From: a virus
Virus record (IMG/VR): IMGVR_UViG_3300020450_001021
Location: 1-64,000 of that record
Direction: 5' to 3' (one strand)
DNA: 64,000 nucleotides
Shown: piece after piece, positions 26,260 through 35,642 of the stretch
Numbering within the stretch: position 1 is the first letter of the stretch
How the letters are laid out: every line of letters begins with the position of its first letter
Made by a program: the position numbers and the translations under genes
The notes under the pieces: model-generated
What the model was told of the DNA's origin: nothing
Seen by the model: only the letters and a program-made list of their open reading frames with translations
The model's database searches: none

Positions 26260-26789
26260 TAAATGTAATTAAGGTAGGTGCTAAAGATATATTTGTCCTC
26301 CGATATAGTAGGTTGACCTTGGTGTGGAACCATCCATAATGGAGGAAATATTATTCCTCTTCCCCTCTTTGGTTTTAGTTTCTTATTGATGCCTAGAAAG
26401 TTGGTCTCTCCACCCTCTTCAACATCATTTAAATACACTAAAAATGCTAAGAATCTTTTTGCAGAAGCATGATCTCCTACATCTACATGAGGTGCAAATT
26501 GATCTTCAGTATTTTTATAATACTTTTTGATTCTAGCAAACTCCCAAGAGAATTTCTGTGGTAACCATTGTTCACAACCAACCGTTTTAACATACTTATC
26601 CAAGAATGGAGCAACTCTCCATATCATTAGTTCCATCATTGATTCTTCAAATTCAATCTGATGAAATCTAGGTTTATTATCGTTGTTTTTAAATTCTGGT
26701 TTACCTTTGTTAAAGTAATCTATTAGTTCTTGACAGTATTCATCATCAAATATGTCATACACTCTAATAAAATCTTCAACTGTCTTCAT
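26259..26789 (-). CDS. 2OG-Fe(II) oxygenase (prolyl-4-hydroxylase-like)
   Basis: HVD, YLNDVEEGGET.F, FPP.W..PH. Confidence 0.9.
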   Translation of the reverse strand: MKTVEDFIRVYDIFDDEYCQELIDYFNKGKPEFKNNDNKPRFHQIEFEESMMELMIWRVAPFLDKYVKTVGCEQWLPQKFSWEFARIKKYYKNTEDQFAPHVDVGDHASAKRFLAFLVYLNDVEEGGETNFLGINKKLKPKRGRGIIFPPLWMVPHQGQPTISEDKYIFSTYLNYI

Positions 26790-27799
26790 TGGTCATACTT
26801 AAATTCTTTAGAAGCAACTTCATCTAGTGCTTGCATTATTTCTTTCGTGAAATATTTGTTAGGATCGGCAAGAATAGCAGAAGGATAAACGGAAGATTCG
26901 CCAACAATAATCCTGTTACCTTTACGTTGGAAGATTCCATGCTTCTCACCCAATTCCAATAACCCATAATATTCGTCCAGTCCCCTTGAGTCAAAAAATA
27001 ATCGTGTTGCAATTTGAGTGTTCTCCTTTGTTAAACGTGATTTGTATGTTTTAACCTTTATAATATTACCAATAATCTCTCTACTACTATCCTTTTCTTT
27101 TGACTTTGTTAGAGTCATAATAGTAGATGCTGCATATTTTAAACCACTACCACCACCCATATCAGTTGGGTCTCCATAAGGATTCATCGTTTTATATGTA
27201 TGATTTGTCACTATCATAGGTATTTTTAACTTACCTAATTTACTAGTGATAATTCTAAACACAGATTTAATTGTCTGTGATTTAGTCATGTCTCTAACTT
27301 GTTTATCATCCATTGCATCTTGTAATTCTTTTTGAGATGCAAGCATACCAAGAGAATCTAATATGATTAGAAGTGGTTTCCTATCTTTCTCATTTGTTTT
27401 AAGAAGATTATCAAGAATACGTATCATTTGAGTACGAAATTCTTCAATGGTATCTATTGGAAAATGCCATACCCTAGAAGGATCTAGACCACGATCTTTA
27501 AATAAATCTGGTGTTGCAGCTGCCTCACTATCAAAGTAAAATACTGCACCATCAGGGTGATCATTAAGAAAAGTACTAGCAATACCTATAGCATAAAAAG
27601 TTTTACCTGTTGCTTGTTCACCTGCTATAGCAGTTACTCTATTGTTTGGTATACCACCATAAATACTGCCACTTAATTGTGCATTTAATATGTAAGAACC
27701 TGTACCTATAAACCCTTGTTTATCACCAGACGTTGACTCTGATACAAGTTTTGCATAATCATTTTGTGCTTCTTTAGCAAGTGTGTCAAAAATACTCAT
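26786..27799 (-). CDS. uvsX: RecA-like recombinase
   Basis: AGEQATGKT, YFDSE, LDSLGML, GGGSGLKYAAS. Confidence 0.96.
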   Translation of the reverse strand: MSIFDTLAKEAQNDYAKLVSESTSGDKQGFIGTGSYILNAQLSGSIYGGIPNNRVTAIAGEQATGKTFYAIGIASTFLNDHPDGAVFYFDSEAAATPDLFKDRGLDPSRVWHFPIDTIEEFRTQMIRILDNLLKTNEKDRKPLLIILDSLGMLASQKELQDAMDDKQVRDMTKSQTIKSVFRIITSKLGKLKIPMIVTNHTYKTMNPYGDPTDMGGGSGLKYAASTIMTLTKSKEKDSSREIIGNIIKVKTYKSRLTKENTQIATRLFFDSRGLDEYYGLLELGEKHGIFQRKGNRIIVGESSVYPSAILADPNKYFTKEIMQALDEVASKEFKYDQ

Positions 27800-30315
27800 A
27801 CGAATAAAAACTCCAAATTACTTTCTTTTTTTGTTTTCCATCCTATTACATCAAGGATGTTTTTAAGAGGTGTGATAAATGATTTTTCAAATTGTGTTTT
27901 GTAATCTATTTGATCACTTACCTTTGGTATTTCTCTAGGAAATTGTTGAATGAATGACATAACATTTTGTCCTAGTACATTAGGTTCTTTCAAGTATACA
28001 TACTTGATTTTCTCACCCTCTTGAATAATAGGATATTTATGTGTCAACCTATTAATTTTAAGTTGATGATTATACAAGAGTGCTCCTCTTACATGAATAG
28101 GACAACTTTTCTTATACAGAGTAACAGGATCTGACCATTTTGTCAACCCATTCACACTCCTAGGAAATGATATATCCTCAGGTGGCATACTATAAAACTC
28201 TGCTCTAAAATCATCTATAAATTTTATAAGATCTTCATTCTCTTGTGTCATTATAATATTAAGAGCATCTTTAATCATCTTTCTACATGGTGCAGGTGTA
28301 GATGATTTAATTGCTTCAATACCCATCATCTTTAACTTTGCTTCTTCATATCTAACACCTTCACTATCCCATACATTAAGAATGTATCTCTTCTTAGCAG
28401 TCCATATACCTTTATCGGCAATGTTCTCCCTTTTCATAACCATTTTTTGATCATACGCAGATACGTACGTCGCCAACTCCTGATAACAGGTGTCAATGTA
28501 CGGTTCCAATTTGTCTTGGCAGATCTTATCCAATATGGAAACAATCTTTGTTTTGTCACTAGACCTATCACTAAAAAATTTATCAACAAGAGGTCCAAGG
28601 TTAAGATAGATTGAGTCGGTGTCAGATGCAATGACATAATCTTCTCCTTCTGTTTTGAGAACTTTATTAAGATACTCATTCATCTTATTTTCTATCCAAC
28701 GAATAGAAACTTGACCAGATAAGGTTATTGCTTCAGCGTTTACTACTTTATAATATCTAAAGTATTGATTACCGATAGCACCATAGGCAGAGTTAAGAGA
28801 AATCTTCTTTGCCATTTGAATATTATTACAACGAGTTATTTCTTTATCCAATTCTTCAGTTGGATTCTTTTCGTACTGTTGTTTTGCTTGTATCATTTTC
28901 TTTTTAAAAATGACACGTTCATCATAATACTTTTGCATTAGTTCTGGTAAGAACCCCCTTTGTGTGGTGTCATATAAAGCACCATTAGCACAAACAGTTG
29001 TATTATCTAAATCACTAAAATCTATTTCCTTATCTAATATTCTATCTACAGTTGCTGATGAATGTCTATTGGGCATCAATGTCTCAGGTGAGATATTGTA
29101 TTGCATTATAAGATGTGGGTATAGTGAATTTAAATCAAAGTTAACTACCCAATCATATAATCCTGGTTTTGGTTCCTTTACATATGCACCTGCATACTGA
29201 GTATTTTTATCTGACCTTTCTATTGGTGGAATTACTATACCTTTCTTTTTAAGAAAATTGTATATAATACTATCCCATGTACGTACTTGAGAATATACAT
29301 CATCATAGTTAACTTTAGCATCATATGCCATAGTTAAAACTAATTCAATTAATTTCATCTTGTCTTCCAGACGGTCAACAAGTTCTACGTCATGTATATT
29401 ATATTCTACAAATTTTTGCCAATCATTATTATAAAATTCTTTGAAAGTATCATACTCTGTATGTTCAAGTTTCTTTTGACCTAACTCTTGCTGTGCTATG
29501 TAATCTAACCTGTAAGATTCTTGTGCTTTATATGTAAATTTCTTATAAAGATCAAGATAATCTAAGACACTTAGACCAATAATATCATAGTATATATGAT
29601 TCCTACCTCGTATCTCTATCTCTTTTTCATACACTCTGTTCCATGGAGACATAGATCTTTGATGTTTAGAAGATAAAACTCTTTCTATTCTTCTACACAT
29701 ATACGGTATATCAAATAATTTTACATTCCATCCTGTAATAATATCTGGAGTATTCTCTGCCCACCATGCTAAGAAATCTTTAAACATATCTGCTTCATTC
29801 CAGAAGACACGGTACTCAGTATCCTTAGGAGTAAACTCTCTAGTACCCCATGTAATAATTTTCTTAGTAGTAAAATCTTTTATAGAAAAACACAAAATTT
29901 CCTCTGAGGTCTCGGCAACATTTGGAAAACCGTTCTCAGAGGTTGTCTCTATATCAAGAGTGTATATTTTTAATTGTGATGGATCATATTCCATCTGTTC
30001 CTGTGGGAACTTAGAACTTATAAACTGATATAAGAATCTATCATTACCATATATTTTAAAATTATCAACATACTTATACTCATCAATAAATTCTCTAGCA
30101 TCTTTAACACCAGAAAATTTTATCTCTTTAACATAATGACCTTCTAAGGTTTTGTAATTTGTCTTTTCATTGCATCTAGCATACAAAACTGGAGAGAAAC
30201 TTTCTTTATATTGAACACGTTTACCGTCTTCATAACCAATATAAAATATTTTATCTCCAGAGAGATATACGTTGCTATAAAAATTCGGATGTCTCTGGGA
30301 CTTCTTCTTCATCAT
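27796..30315 (-). CDS. family B DNA polymerase (T4 gp43-like)
   Basis: DIET, DLNSLYP, KISLNSAYG, DTDS, KKRY. Confidence 0.98.
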   Translation of the reverse strand: MMKKKSQRHPNFYSNVYLSGDKIFYIGYEDGKRVQYKESFSPVLYARCNEKTNYKTLEGHYVKEIKFSGVKDAREFIDEYKYVDNFKIYGNDRFLYQFISSKFPQEQMEYDPSQLKIYTLDIETTSENGFPNVAETSEEILCFSIKDFTTKKIITWGTREFTPKDTEYRVFWNEADMFKDFLAWWAENTPDIITGWNVKLFDIPYMCRRIERVLSSKHQRSMSPWNRVYEKEIEIRGRNHIYYDIIGLSVLDYLDLYKKFTYKAQESYRLDYIAQQELGQKKLEHTEYDTFKEFYNNDWQKFVEYNIHDVELVDRLEDKMKLIELVLTMAYDAKVNYDDVYSQVRTWDSIIYNFLKKKGIVIPPIERSDKNTQYAGAYVKEPKPGLYDWVVNFDLNSLYPHLIMQYNISPETLMPNRHSSATVDRILDKEIDFSDLDNTTVCANGALYDTTQRGFLPELMQKYYDERVIFKKKMIQAKQQYEKNPTEELDKEITRCNNIQMAKKISLNSAYGAIGNQYFRYYKVVNAEAITLSGQVSIRWIENKMNEYLNKVLKTEGEDYVIASDTDSIYLNLGPLVDKFFSDRSSDKTKIVSILDKICQDKLEPYIDTCYQELATYVSAYDQKMVMKRENIADKGIWTAKKRYILNVWDSEGVRYEEAKLKMMGIEAIKSSTPAPCRKMIKDALNIIMTQENEDLIKFIDDFRAEFYSMPPEDISFPRSVNGLTKWSDPVTLYKKSCPIHVRGALLYNHQLKINRLTHKYPIIQEGEKIKYVYLKEPNVLGQNVMSFIQQFPREIPKVSDQIDYKTQFEKSFITPLKNILDVIGWKTKKESNLEFLFV

Positions 30316-30559
30316 CTTGTGGTGGGACTGTCAATTTATATTTTTCCAGAAGATCTGGATCAGGATCTACAATTGTAGCAATAAAATCAGAATAAAGCAA
30401 GACGTTTCTTTGACCGCCATATTTTGGGAATGATTCTAGGTTTCCATTTACTATTTCCATTGGATCTGCAAGGAAACAAGACGGTTCCATTTCCATCTCT
30501 TGTATATAAGAGATGACATAAGCACCATTCTTAAGTAGTAGGAGTTTTACTGTTTCCAT
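30275..30559 (-). CDS. hypothetical protein (distant paralog of 30531-30893)
   Basis: Likely start METVKLLLLKNG; TIVDP motif. Confidence 0.7.
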   Translation of the reverse strand: METVKLLLLKNGAYVISYIQEMEMEPSCFLADPMEIVNGNLESFPKYGGQRNVLLYSDFIATIVDPDPDLLEKYKLTVPPQDDEEEVPETSEFL

Positions 30560-30893
30560 CTGTCTCTTCAATGTTGTGTTTTGCCATGTAATCTGTTTTG
30601 ATCTTATCAACAGGTTCGTATATTGTTACTACCCAATCAGATGGTATAACAAATTCTTGCTGTTGAGACATTGGTGCCCAATGTGTATATGAAACTTGGA
30701 ATTTTGTTTTAGGTGTGGGATCTTGACCCTCAACTAATAATTCTGCTTCTTCAACTTCTTTTGTTTGAAGTTGCATTACATATGGATTCTTAAGATGATA
30801 TGCAATAATGCCTTTATTATCTTTATCAATAATTTCTTGTGCATCACTGATGACATCTTCTCCAGATTTCATCAAAATAACTTTAACGGTCAT
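30531..30893 (-). CDS. conserved T4-like hypothetical protein
   Basis: MTVKVILMKSGEDVISD...W.P...DWVVTIYEP. Confidence 0.8.
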   Translation of the reverse strand: MTVKVILMKSGEDVISDAQEIIDKDNKGIIAYHLKNPYVMQLQTKEVEEAELLVEGQDPTPKTKFQVSYTHWAPMSQQQEFVIPSDWVVTIYEPVDKIKTDYMAKHNIEETDGNSKTPTT

Positions 30894-31600
30894 AGCGATA
30901 AATTACGATCCTCTATTGTTCTAATGTATTTGGATAATTTGTCGAGGTATCCACGGTTTCTTAACTCTTTAAACACTAGGTTTTCCAGAGCAAACTCTCC
31001 ACCTCTTTGAATTGCAGATCCTCTCATAGTTCTAATCTTCTCTTTGAGTTTGTTTAGAACAGTGATGTCATCTGCTTGAGTATCTATTAGATCATCAATC
31101 CTCTCCATCATATCACGAACTTTCTGTTTTAGCAAGGGGTCGGAAAAGTCCACGTATTGTTTACGTGGTTCTTGTATCCACCAATTGTTAAGAACTGAGT
31201 AAGTGCCTTGATTTCTAGGAGTTGGATCACTGATATCTTGTGCATATAGTTCTACTGGTTGACCATAGAGTGTTACATCATGTGTTAATGCCCACAATCT
31301 TTTTTTATCTCTAAGGAAATCATCTAAGAAATCTGTTTGACAAGCAGCTATCTCATCCTTATCTACCACCAAATGCAGGTCTAGATCAGAATATTCTGTA
31401 TAATTATAGTTGGCATTACCACCCACTAGAATTATATCTTGTATTGCATTTTGGGGGATCTTAGCAAACTCTGCCCAGATGTATCCTATTTCGAGTAGTT
31501 TATCTCGAACTTCAGTTCTCAATGTAAGTCCGTCCCAGAACTTTACATTGAGATCCTCATGATACATTAGGGTTAACCTAAGATCTTGAAAGGACTTCAC
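30890..31600 (-). CDS. Pol-beta-superfamily nucleotidyltransferase
   Basis: GGNANYNYTEYSDLDLH (G-G/S...DxD), VELY, GEFALENLVFKELR. Confidence 0.8.
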   Translation of the reverse strand: MKSFQDLRLTLMYHEDLNVKFWDGLTLRTEVRDKLLEIGYIWAEFAKIPQNAIQDIILVGGNANYNYTEYSDLDLHLVVDKDEIAACQTDFLDDFLRDKKRLWALTHDVTLYGQPVELYAQDISDPTPRNQGTYSVLNNWWIQEPRKQYVDFSDPLLKQKVRDMMERIDDLIDTQADDITVLNKLKEKIRTMRGSAIQRGGEFALENLVFKELRNRGYLDKLSKYIRTIEDRNLSL

Positions 31601-31616
31601 GGAAGTAAATTACTTT

Positions 31617-32003
31617 TTAGTTATTTATCGTGTCCGTAATGCTAAGGTTAGGTTCAGTAACCTCATCACCACCAAATACTGCCTTACCTTCTTCAGATGG
31701 TTTCATAGTTTGACCATATGCTTCCAGTACAGCAAGAATAGGTTCTACTATTGATACGACCCAATCTGGATTGACAGCAATCTCTTCATCTATAGTAAGA
31801 GGTTGCCATCGTTCAAGGAGAATCCTACCATTGTATATTTGATTTCTCTCAGGAACATCAGGTACTAGTTCTTTTTCGATCTTTACCTGATATGCATGAG
31901 TGAAGATGAATGCTTGTCTAGTTTTGGTTTCTTTTTCTTGAACCTCTTGGACATCAGCAATGATATCTTCACCTGATTTTAATTTAACAACTTTAATAGT
32001 CAT
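31617..32003 (-). CDS. conserved hypothetical protein (paralog of 30531-30893)
   Basis: MTIKVVKLKSGEDIIAD...W.P...DWVVSIVEP. Confidence 0.8.
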   Translation of the reverse strand: MTIKVVKLKSGEDIIADVQEVQEKETKTRQAFIFTHAYQVKIEKELVPDVPERNQIYNGRILLERWQPLTIDEEIAVNPDWVVSIVEPILAVLEAYGQTMKPSEEGKAVFGGDEVTEPNLSITDTINN

Positions 32004-32027
32004 AATATAATGTTACAGACACTCTAT

Positions 32028-32459
32028 TTAGATGTAATCTTTTCGTTGATGATGCTCAGGTATTACCTTACCTAATTCAATAGTAAGTAATCCATCCTCT
32101 AAAGATACTGATCTAATTTCAGTATCATCAGCAAGTGTCCAAGATCTATTAAAATCTCTTTGTGCTAATCCTTGATGAAAATATTCATTATTTGTATCTT
32201 TATTTACTTTCTTTCCTTCTACGTATAGTTTACCATGTTCTGTATAAACATTAACTTCATCTTTTTTAAATCCTGCCAATGCTACTTCTAATCTAGATTC
32301 ATGATTGTTTAATTGAATAAGATTATATGGAGGGTAGTTGTTTGTAGTAGGAAATTGCCAGAAATTTTCTAAGTAATTATCGAATCCTATACTGTTCTTT
32401 GTAATCTTTTCCATTAATTCTGGAAGATCTGAAACAGTGTATCTTTGAATGTTAGACAT
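32028..32459 (-). CDS. small heat shock protein Hsp20
   Basis: NYPPYN, VALAGF, HQGLAQRDF.R.W.L, LEDGLL; AAGGAG RBS. Confidence 0.96.
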   Translation of the reverse strand: MSNIQRYTVSDLPELMEKITKNSIGFDNYLENFWQFPTTNNYPPYNLIQLNNHESRLEVALAGFKKDEVNVYTEHGKLYVEGKKVNKDTNNEYFHQGLAQRDFNRSWTLADDTEIRSVSLEDGLLTIELGKVIPEHHQRKDYI

Positions 32460-32594
32460 AATTCTCCTTTAAAAGCGAGTGTAACGTTTTGTGATCCCCG
32501 AAGGCAATCACTGTTATTTATTTGGGTGTCTATACTTTACCCGAACACTATGGGTGGTACTATCCGTATTAATACCTTTTTAATCCTTTTATGA

Positions 32595-32602
32595 TATAAA
32601 TA
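32595..32602 (+). promoter_or_regulatory. T4-type late promoter for the plus-strand island
   Basis: TATAAATA 21 nt before the ATG at 32624. Confidence 0.7.
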
Positions 32603-32623
32603 AAACAAGAAACATTTGTTAAC

Positions 32624-33121
32624 ATGATCAAAAAAGTATTGTTACTTGGTATGTTTTTGATGATATCTCCTGCATCAGCAGAGATAGTACATAAAATGAG
32701 TTCTAGTGTACAATTGACAGTAGATTCAGCCGCAAGTCAGGCTACTCGCTTAGGATCAAGTTATACCGTTAGTGGAAATAATTTGAAAGTAAGTGATGGT
32801 GGATCTTTTGGTGGACTAGGAACGTTAACCTCAGGTACAGCAGTTGGTTATACACCGTCAGCTATGGAAGTAAACACTGTAGGCTCAGCATTTAGCTACT
32901 CGGAAACCTATATTGAAGGGGACGATGTAACTTCATCTTCTACCGTATCAGGAGGAGTCGTTGCTGCATTACCATTACTTGGTAGTACAACTACAACATC
33001 TGGAGGAGTAGCAGGTACACTAGCTGGTACTATCACATCTGCTGGTGTGACTACGATTACAGGTGGAGGAGCTGGTACATCAGCTACTGGACAATTTGTG
33101 TCTGAATTGACAATAAAATGA
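32624..33121 (+). CDS. secreted G/S/T-rich beta protein of unknown function
   Basis: Sec signal MIKKVLLLGMFLMISPASA|E. Confidence 0.8.
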   Translation: MIKKVLLLGMFLMISPASAEIVHKMSSSVQLTVDSAASQATRLGSSYTVSGNNLKVSDGGSFGGLGTLTSGTAVGYTPSAMEVNTVGSAFSYSETYIEGDDVTSSSTVSGGVVAALPLLGSTTTTSGGVAGTLAGTITSAGVTTITGGGAGTSATGQFVSELTIK

Positions 33122-33172
33122 TAAATGACTTTCTTGACAACTTGGCAGCACATCAATACCAAAAAATCAACC

Positions 33173-33622
33173 ATGAGCAAGATGAAACTTGCTATGGTTG
33201 TGGTTGCGAGTGCCCTTGTGAATGTCCCGACTGTGATGTCTGTTCCTGTTGTGCCTAATTTTACACAAGGCAGTATGAATAGTCACACAGAGACCACCAG
33301 TACTATAACTGAGACGATAAATAGCATGGATTATTCGACAGGTTTTACCTATTCGATTTCTGGGCACGGTATCCAAGTTAAAGAAGATGGTGCATTGACA
33401 CCATCTGATACTACAAGTGCAACTAATACTATAAACGGTGTGAATTCACAATGGACAAATTTAGATTTGACAACAAAACCAGAAATACATTTATCTACAC
33501 CTGGAGGAAGTTTTTCCGTAGTAGAAAGTTATTCTGGAGCTGGGTTGAGGAACCATACAGTAATACAAAGAACAACAACTATAACAAGCGTAACAGACAC
33601 AACAAGTATATTTCAACAATAA
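33173..33622 (+). CDS. secreted T-rich protein of unknown function
   Basis: Signal-like MSKMKLAMVVVASALVNVPTVMS|VPVVPNFTQGSM; track start at 33125 is also possible. Confidence 0.75.
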   Translation: MSKMKLAMVVVASALVNVPTVMSVPVVPNFTQGSMNSHTETTSTITETINSMDYSTGFTYSISGHGIQVKEDGALTPSDTTSATNTINGVNSQWTNLDLTTKPEIHLSTPGGSFSVVESYSGAGLRNHTVIQRTTTITSVTDTTSIFQQ

Positions 33623-34452
33623 CAATATTAACAACAAGTTTGTGTGCTAATTCCATACCATTACGTGCAGAGACGGTGGGAGGAGTTAGTGCAACAGCAT
33701 CGCCAATAGCAAACAGTTCTGGAAGTGTCACAAACCAAGCTATACAGGTGCTTCAAGGACCGTATATAACTAATACTTATGGTGGTGGTATACAATGCCA
33801 AGGACCTACCATGAATGTAACACCGTTTGTAACAGGAGGAGTAACATTCAAAAAACCATTTGAACGATACTATGATGATCCCGTTTATAATGTGCATGAT
33901 GCTGATGATGACGGGCAGATTGACAATCCTGGTGAAATTTTATATTTTGTACCTACTAGAACTGGACAGACAGATAACTATAATTTATCGTTAGGTGTAT
34001 CTGCTACATGGTCTAAACCATTAGATCCAGAACTACAAGAACTATGTAAAAATGCTGCAAATATACAAATGGCAGCAGTTCAACAGAACACCGCCAATAA
34101 ACGCCTTGACTTTGAAATAGCCAGATTAAAAAATTGTGGAGAATTGATGAAAGCTGGTATAATTTTTAAACCAAATACTAAGTACGCCAAGGTATGTGAG
34201 GATGTTATGCTTACAAATCCTCCAGGTGTAGTAGCAGAGCACACACACGTATTATCTAACGTGGTTTCAAAGGAGGAAGACCTTTCTTCTTCCGATACTC
34301 ATTCATACGAACAAGATCACGAGAAGGACGTTGAGGGGTCTTCCCGACGCTGGTTTGAATTTTGGAAATCATCTTCTTCACAGCAGGTTTTACTACCCTC
34401 AAAATCAAATCAGCAAGGGGCTTCGCTAATAAAGCCGATGTCGCTGCCGTAG
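33451..34452 (+). CDS. secreted Cys-containing protein of unknown function (start uncertain)
   Basis: Signal-like segment before ETVGGVSATASPIANSSGSVTNQAIQ; QCQGPT, LDFEIARLKNCGEL; DADDDGQID EF-hand-like loop. Confidence 0.7.
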   Translation: MDKFRFDNKTRNTFIYTWRKFFRSRKLFWSWVEEPYSNTKNNNYNKRNRHNKYISTITILTTSLCANSIPLRAETVGGVSATASPIANSSGSVTNQAIQVLQGPYITNTYGGGIQCQGPTMNVTPFVTGGVTFKKPFERYYDDPVYNVHDADDDGQIDNPGEILYFVPTRTGQTDNYNLSLGVSATWSKPLDPELQELCKNAANIQMAAVQQNTANKRLDFEIARLKNCGELMKAGIIFKPNTKYAKVCEDVMLTNPPGVVAEHTHVLSNVVSKEEDLSSSDTHSYEQDHEKDVEGSSRRWFEFWKSSSSQQVLLPSKSNQQGASLIKPMSLP

Positions 34453-35011
34453 CAGCTATTACTGCTGTAGTTGATGCTACCTGAGTGCTTGGTAGATACT
34501 GTTCAACTGGTGGTATGTCAGTATATAATGTCACACAAATTTTTGCTCCACCAGGATTTTGAGGATTAATTCTTAACTCATGTCCTGATACTTTTTCTTT
34601 TTGGTTTGTTGCTATATCTCCTACTCTTAATGCATTAGGTCCTGGACATGGTGGATCTCCCTCTACCTTAGGTGTCTCAGGAACTTTTGTTTCTGGTACT
34701 GATGGTGGTGCTACCACTGGTAATTGTTGACTCTGTGTTATTAACAGTTGCTCAGGTTCATAGTTCATAGCATTAAAACTAGGAACACCTGCATCACAAA
34801 ATGTTCTAACAGTGCTTGAGTCGTCTTTAATTATCTTATTATTTCTATCACTAAACTCATGTGCTTCTACACAACCAGGTACATTTACAATAGGTGTACC
34901 AATCTCTACAGTAACTGGTTGATATGGTACAAAAGCATGAGGAGTAGGGAACGTGTATACATTGACATCACGAACCCTAATATTGTTTATTCCTATCCCA
35001 CTAATAGGCAC
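34256..35011 (-). CDS. Pro/Cys-rich protein with C-terminal membrane anchor
   Basis: PIVNVPGCVEAH, CDAGVPSF, hydrophobic STTAVIAATAATSALLAKP, basic tail. Confidence 0.75.
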   Translation of the reverse strand: MPISGIGINNIRVRDVNVYTFPTPHAFVPYQPVTVEIGTPIVNVPGCVEAHEFSDRNNKIIKDDSSTVRTFCDAGVPSFNAMNYEPEQLLITQSQQLPVVAPPSVPETKVPETPKVEGDPPCPGPNALRVGDIATNQKEKVSGHELRINPQNPGGAKICVTLYTDIPPVEQYLPSTQVASTTAVIAATAATSALLAKPLADLILRVVKPAVKKMISKIQTSVGKTPQRPSRDLVRMNEYRKKKGLPPLKPR

Positions 35012-35244
35012 TAGAAAGAAGGAATTTCAAGACCCTTATCAGGTTCTATTGATGGTGATGGTAGTGATGGCATCACTCCACTTCCAATAGAACCCAGTGC
35101 TTTCTCTTTAATAGATTCTATGATTGCATCCTTACGTACATAAACGTAACCAGCAGTGCCAACAACGGTAAGAGATACAACAGCAGACGTAATAGCGAGT
35201 ACATTAATTAATTTTTGCATGATTTTACTTTGAATCAGGGACAA
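35011..35244 (-). CDS. small membrane-anchored protein
   Basis: MQKLINVLAITSAVVSLTVVGTAGYVYV; Pro-rich tail. Confidence 0.75.
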   Translation of the reverse strand: MSLIQSKIMQKLINVLAITSAVVSLTVVGTAGYVYVRKDAIIESIKEKALGSIGSGVMPSLPSPSIEPDKGLEIPSF

Positions 35245-35620
35245 TTTTGACAGGACCTTGTTCGATCCTTATGGTTTGTGCAGGTGCAGTTTCAGATGCT
35301 TTAGCAATAAGAAACTCCATATCTTTTTTAGATATGTTAGCACTACTGTCTGCACCATTCTTTTTCTTACCTCCAGCGGACACACCAAAGGTAGCTAAAG
35401 TTCCTGTAAAAACTGAAGCTATGAAAGTTGGATCAATTCTCTCTCCTCTCTCGTAACCTGGTATTTTAACGTAGTTCAAAGTTAAAATTCCTGCGGACCA
35501 CACAAGGACTATCACTCTTATGAGTGTTGCTAGGTATTGAAGTTGCTCTTCTTTATCGTCAACTTTCTCTTTAATTTTACTAAAGAGACCTTTACTTTCC
35601 TCCTTCTTTATTTCTGCCAT
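35225..35620 (-). CDS. two-TM membrane protein
   Basis: VLVWSAGILTLNYV, IDPTFIASVFTGTLATFGV; TATAAATA at 35640-35647. Confidence 0.8.
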   Translation of the reverse strand: MAEIKKEESKGLFSKIKEKVDDKEEQLQYLATLIRVIVLVWSAGILTLNYVKIPGYERGERIDPTFIASVFTGTLATFGVSAGGKKKNGADSSANISKKDMEFLIAKASETAPAQTIRIEQGPVKIVPDSK

Positions 35621-35642
35621 GGTACATTAATATCTGTATTAT

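Noticed and set aside
32908-33897. Minus-strand ORFs opposite the plus-strand island
   Set aside because: The plus-strand ORFs have signal peptides and a late promoter; the minus ones look like shadows
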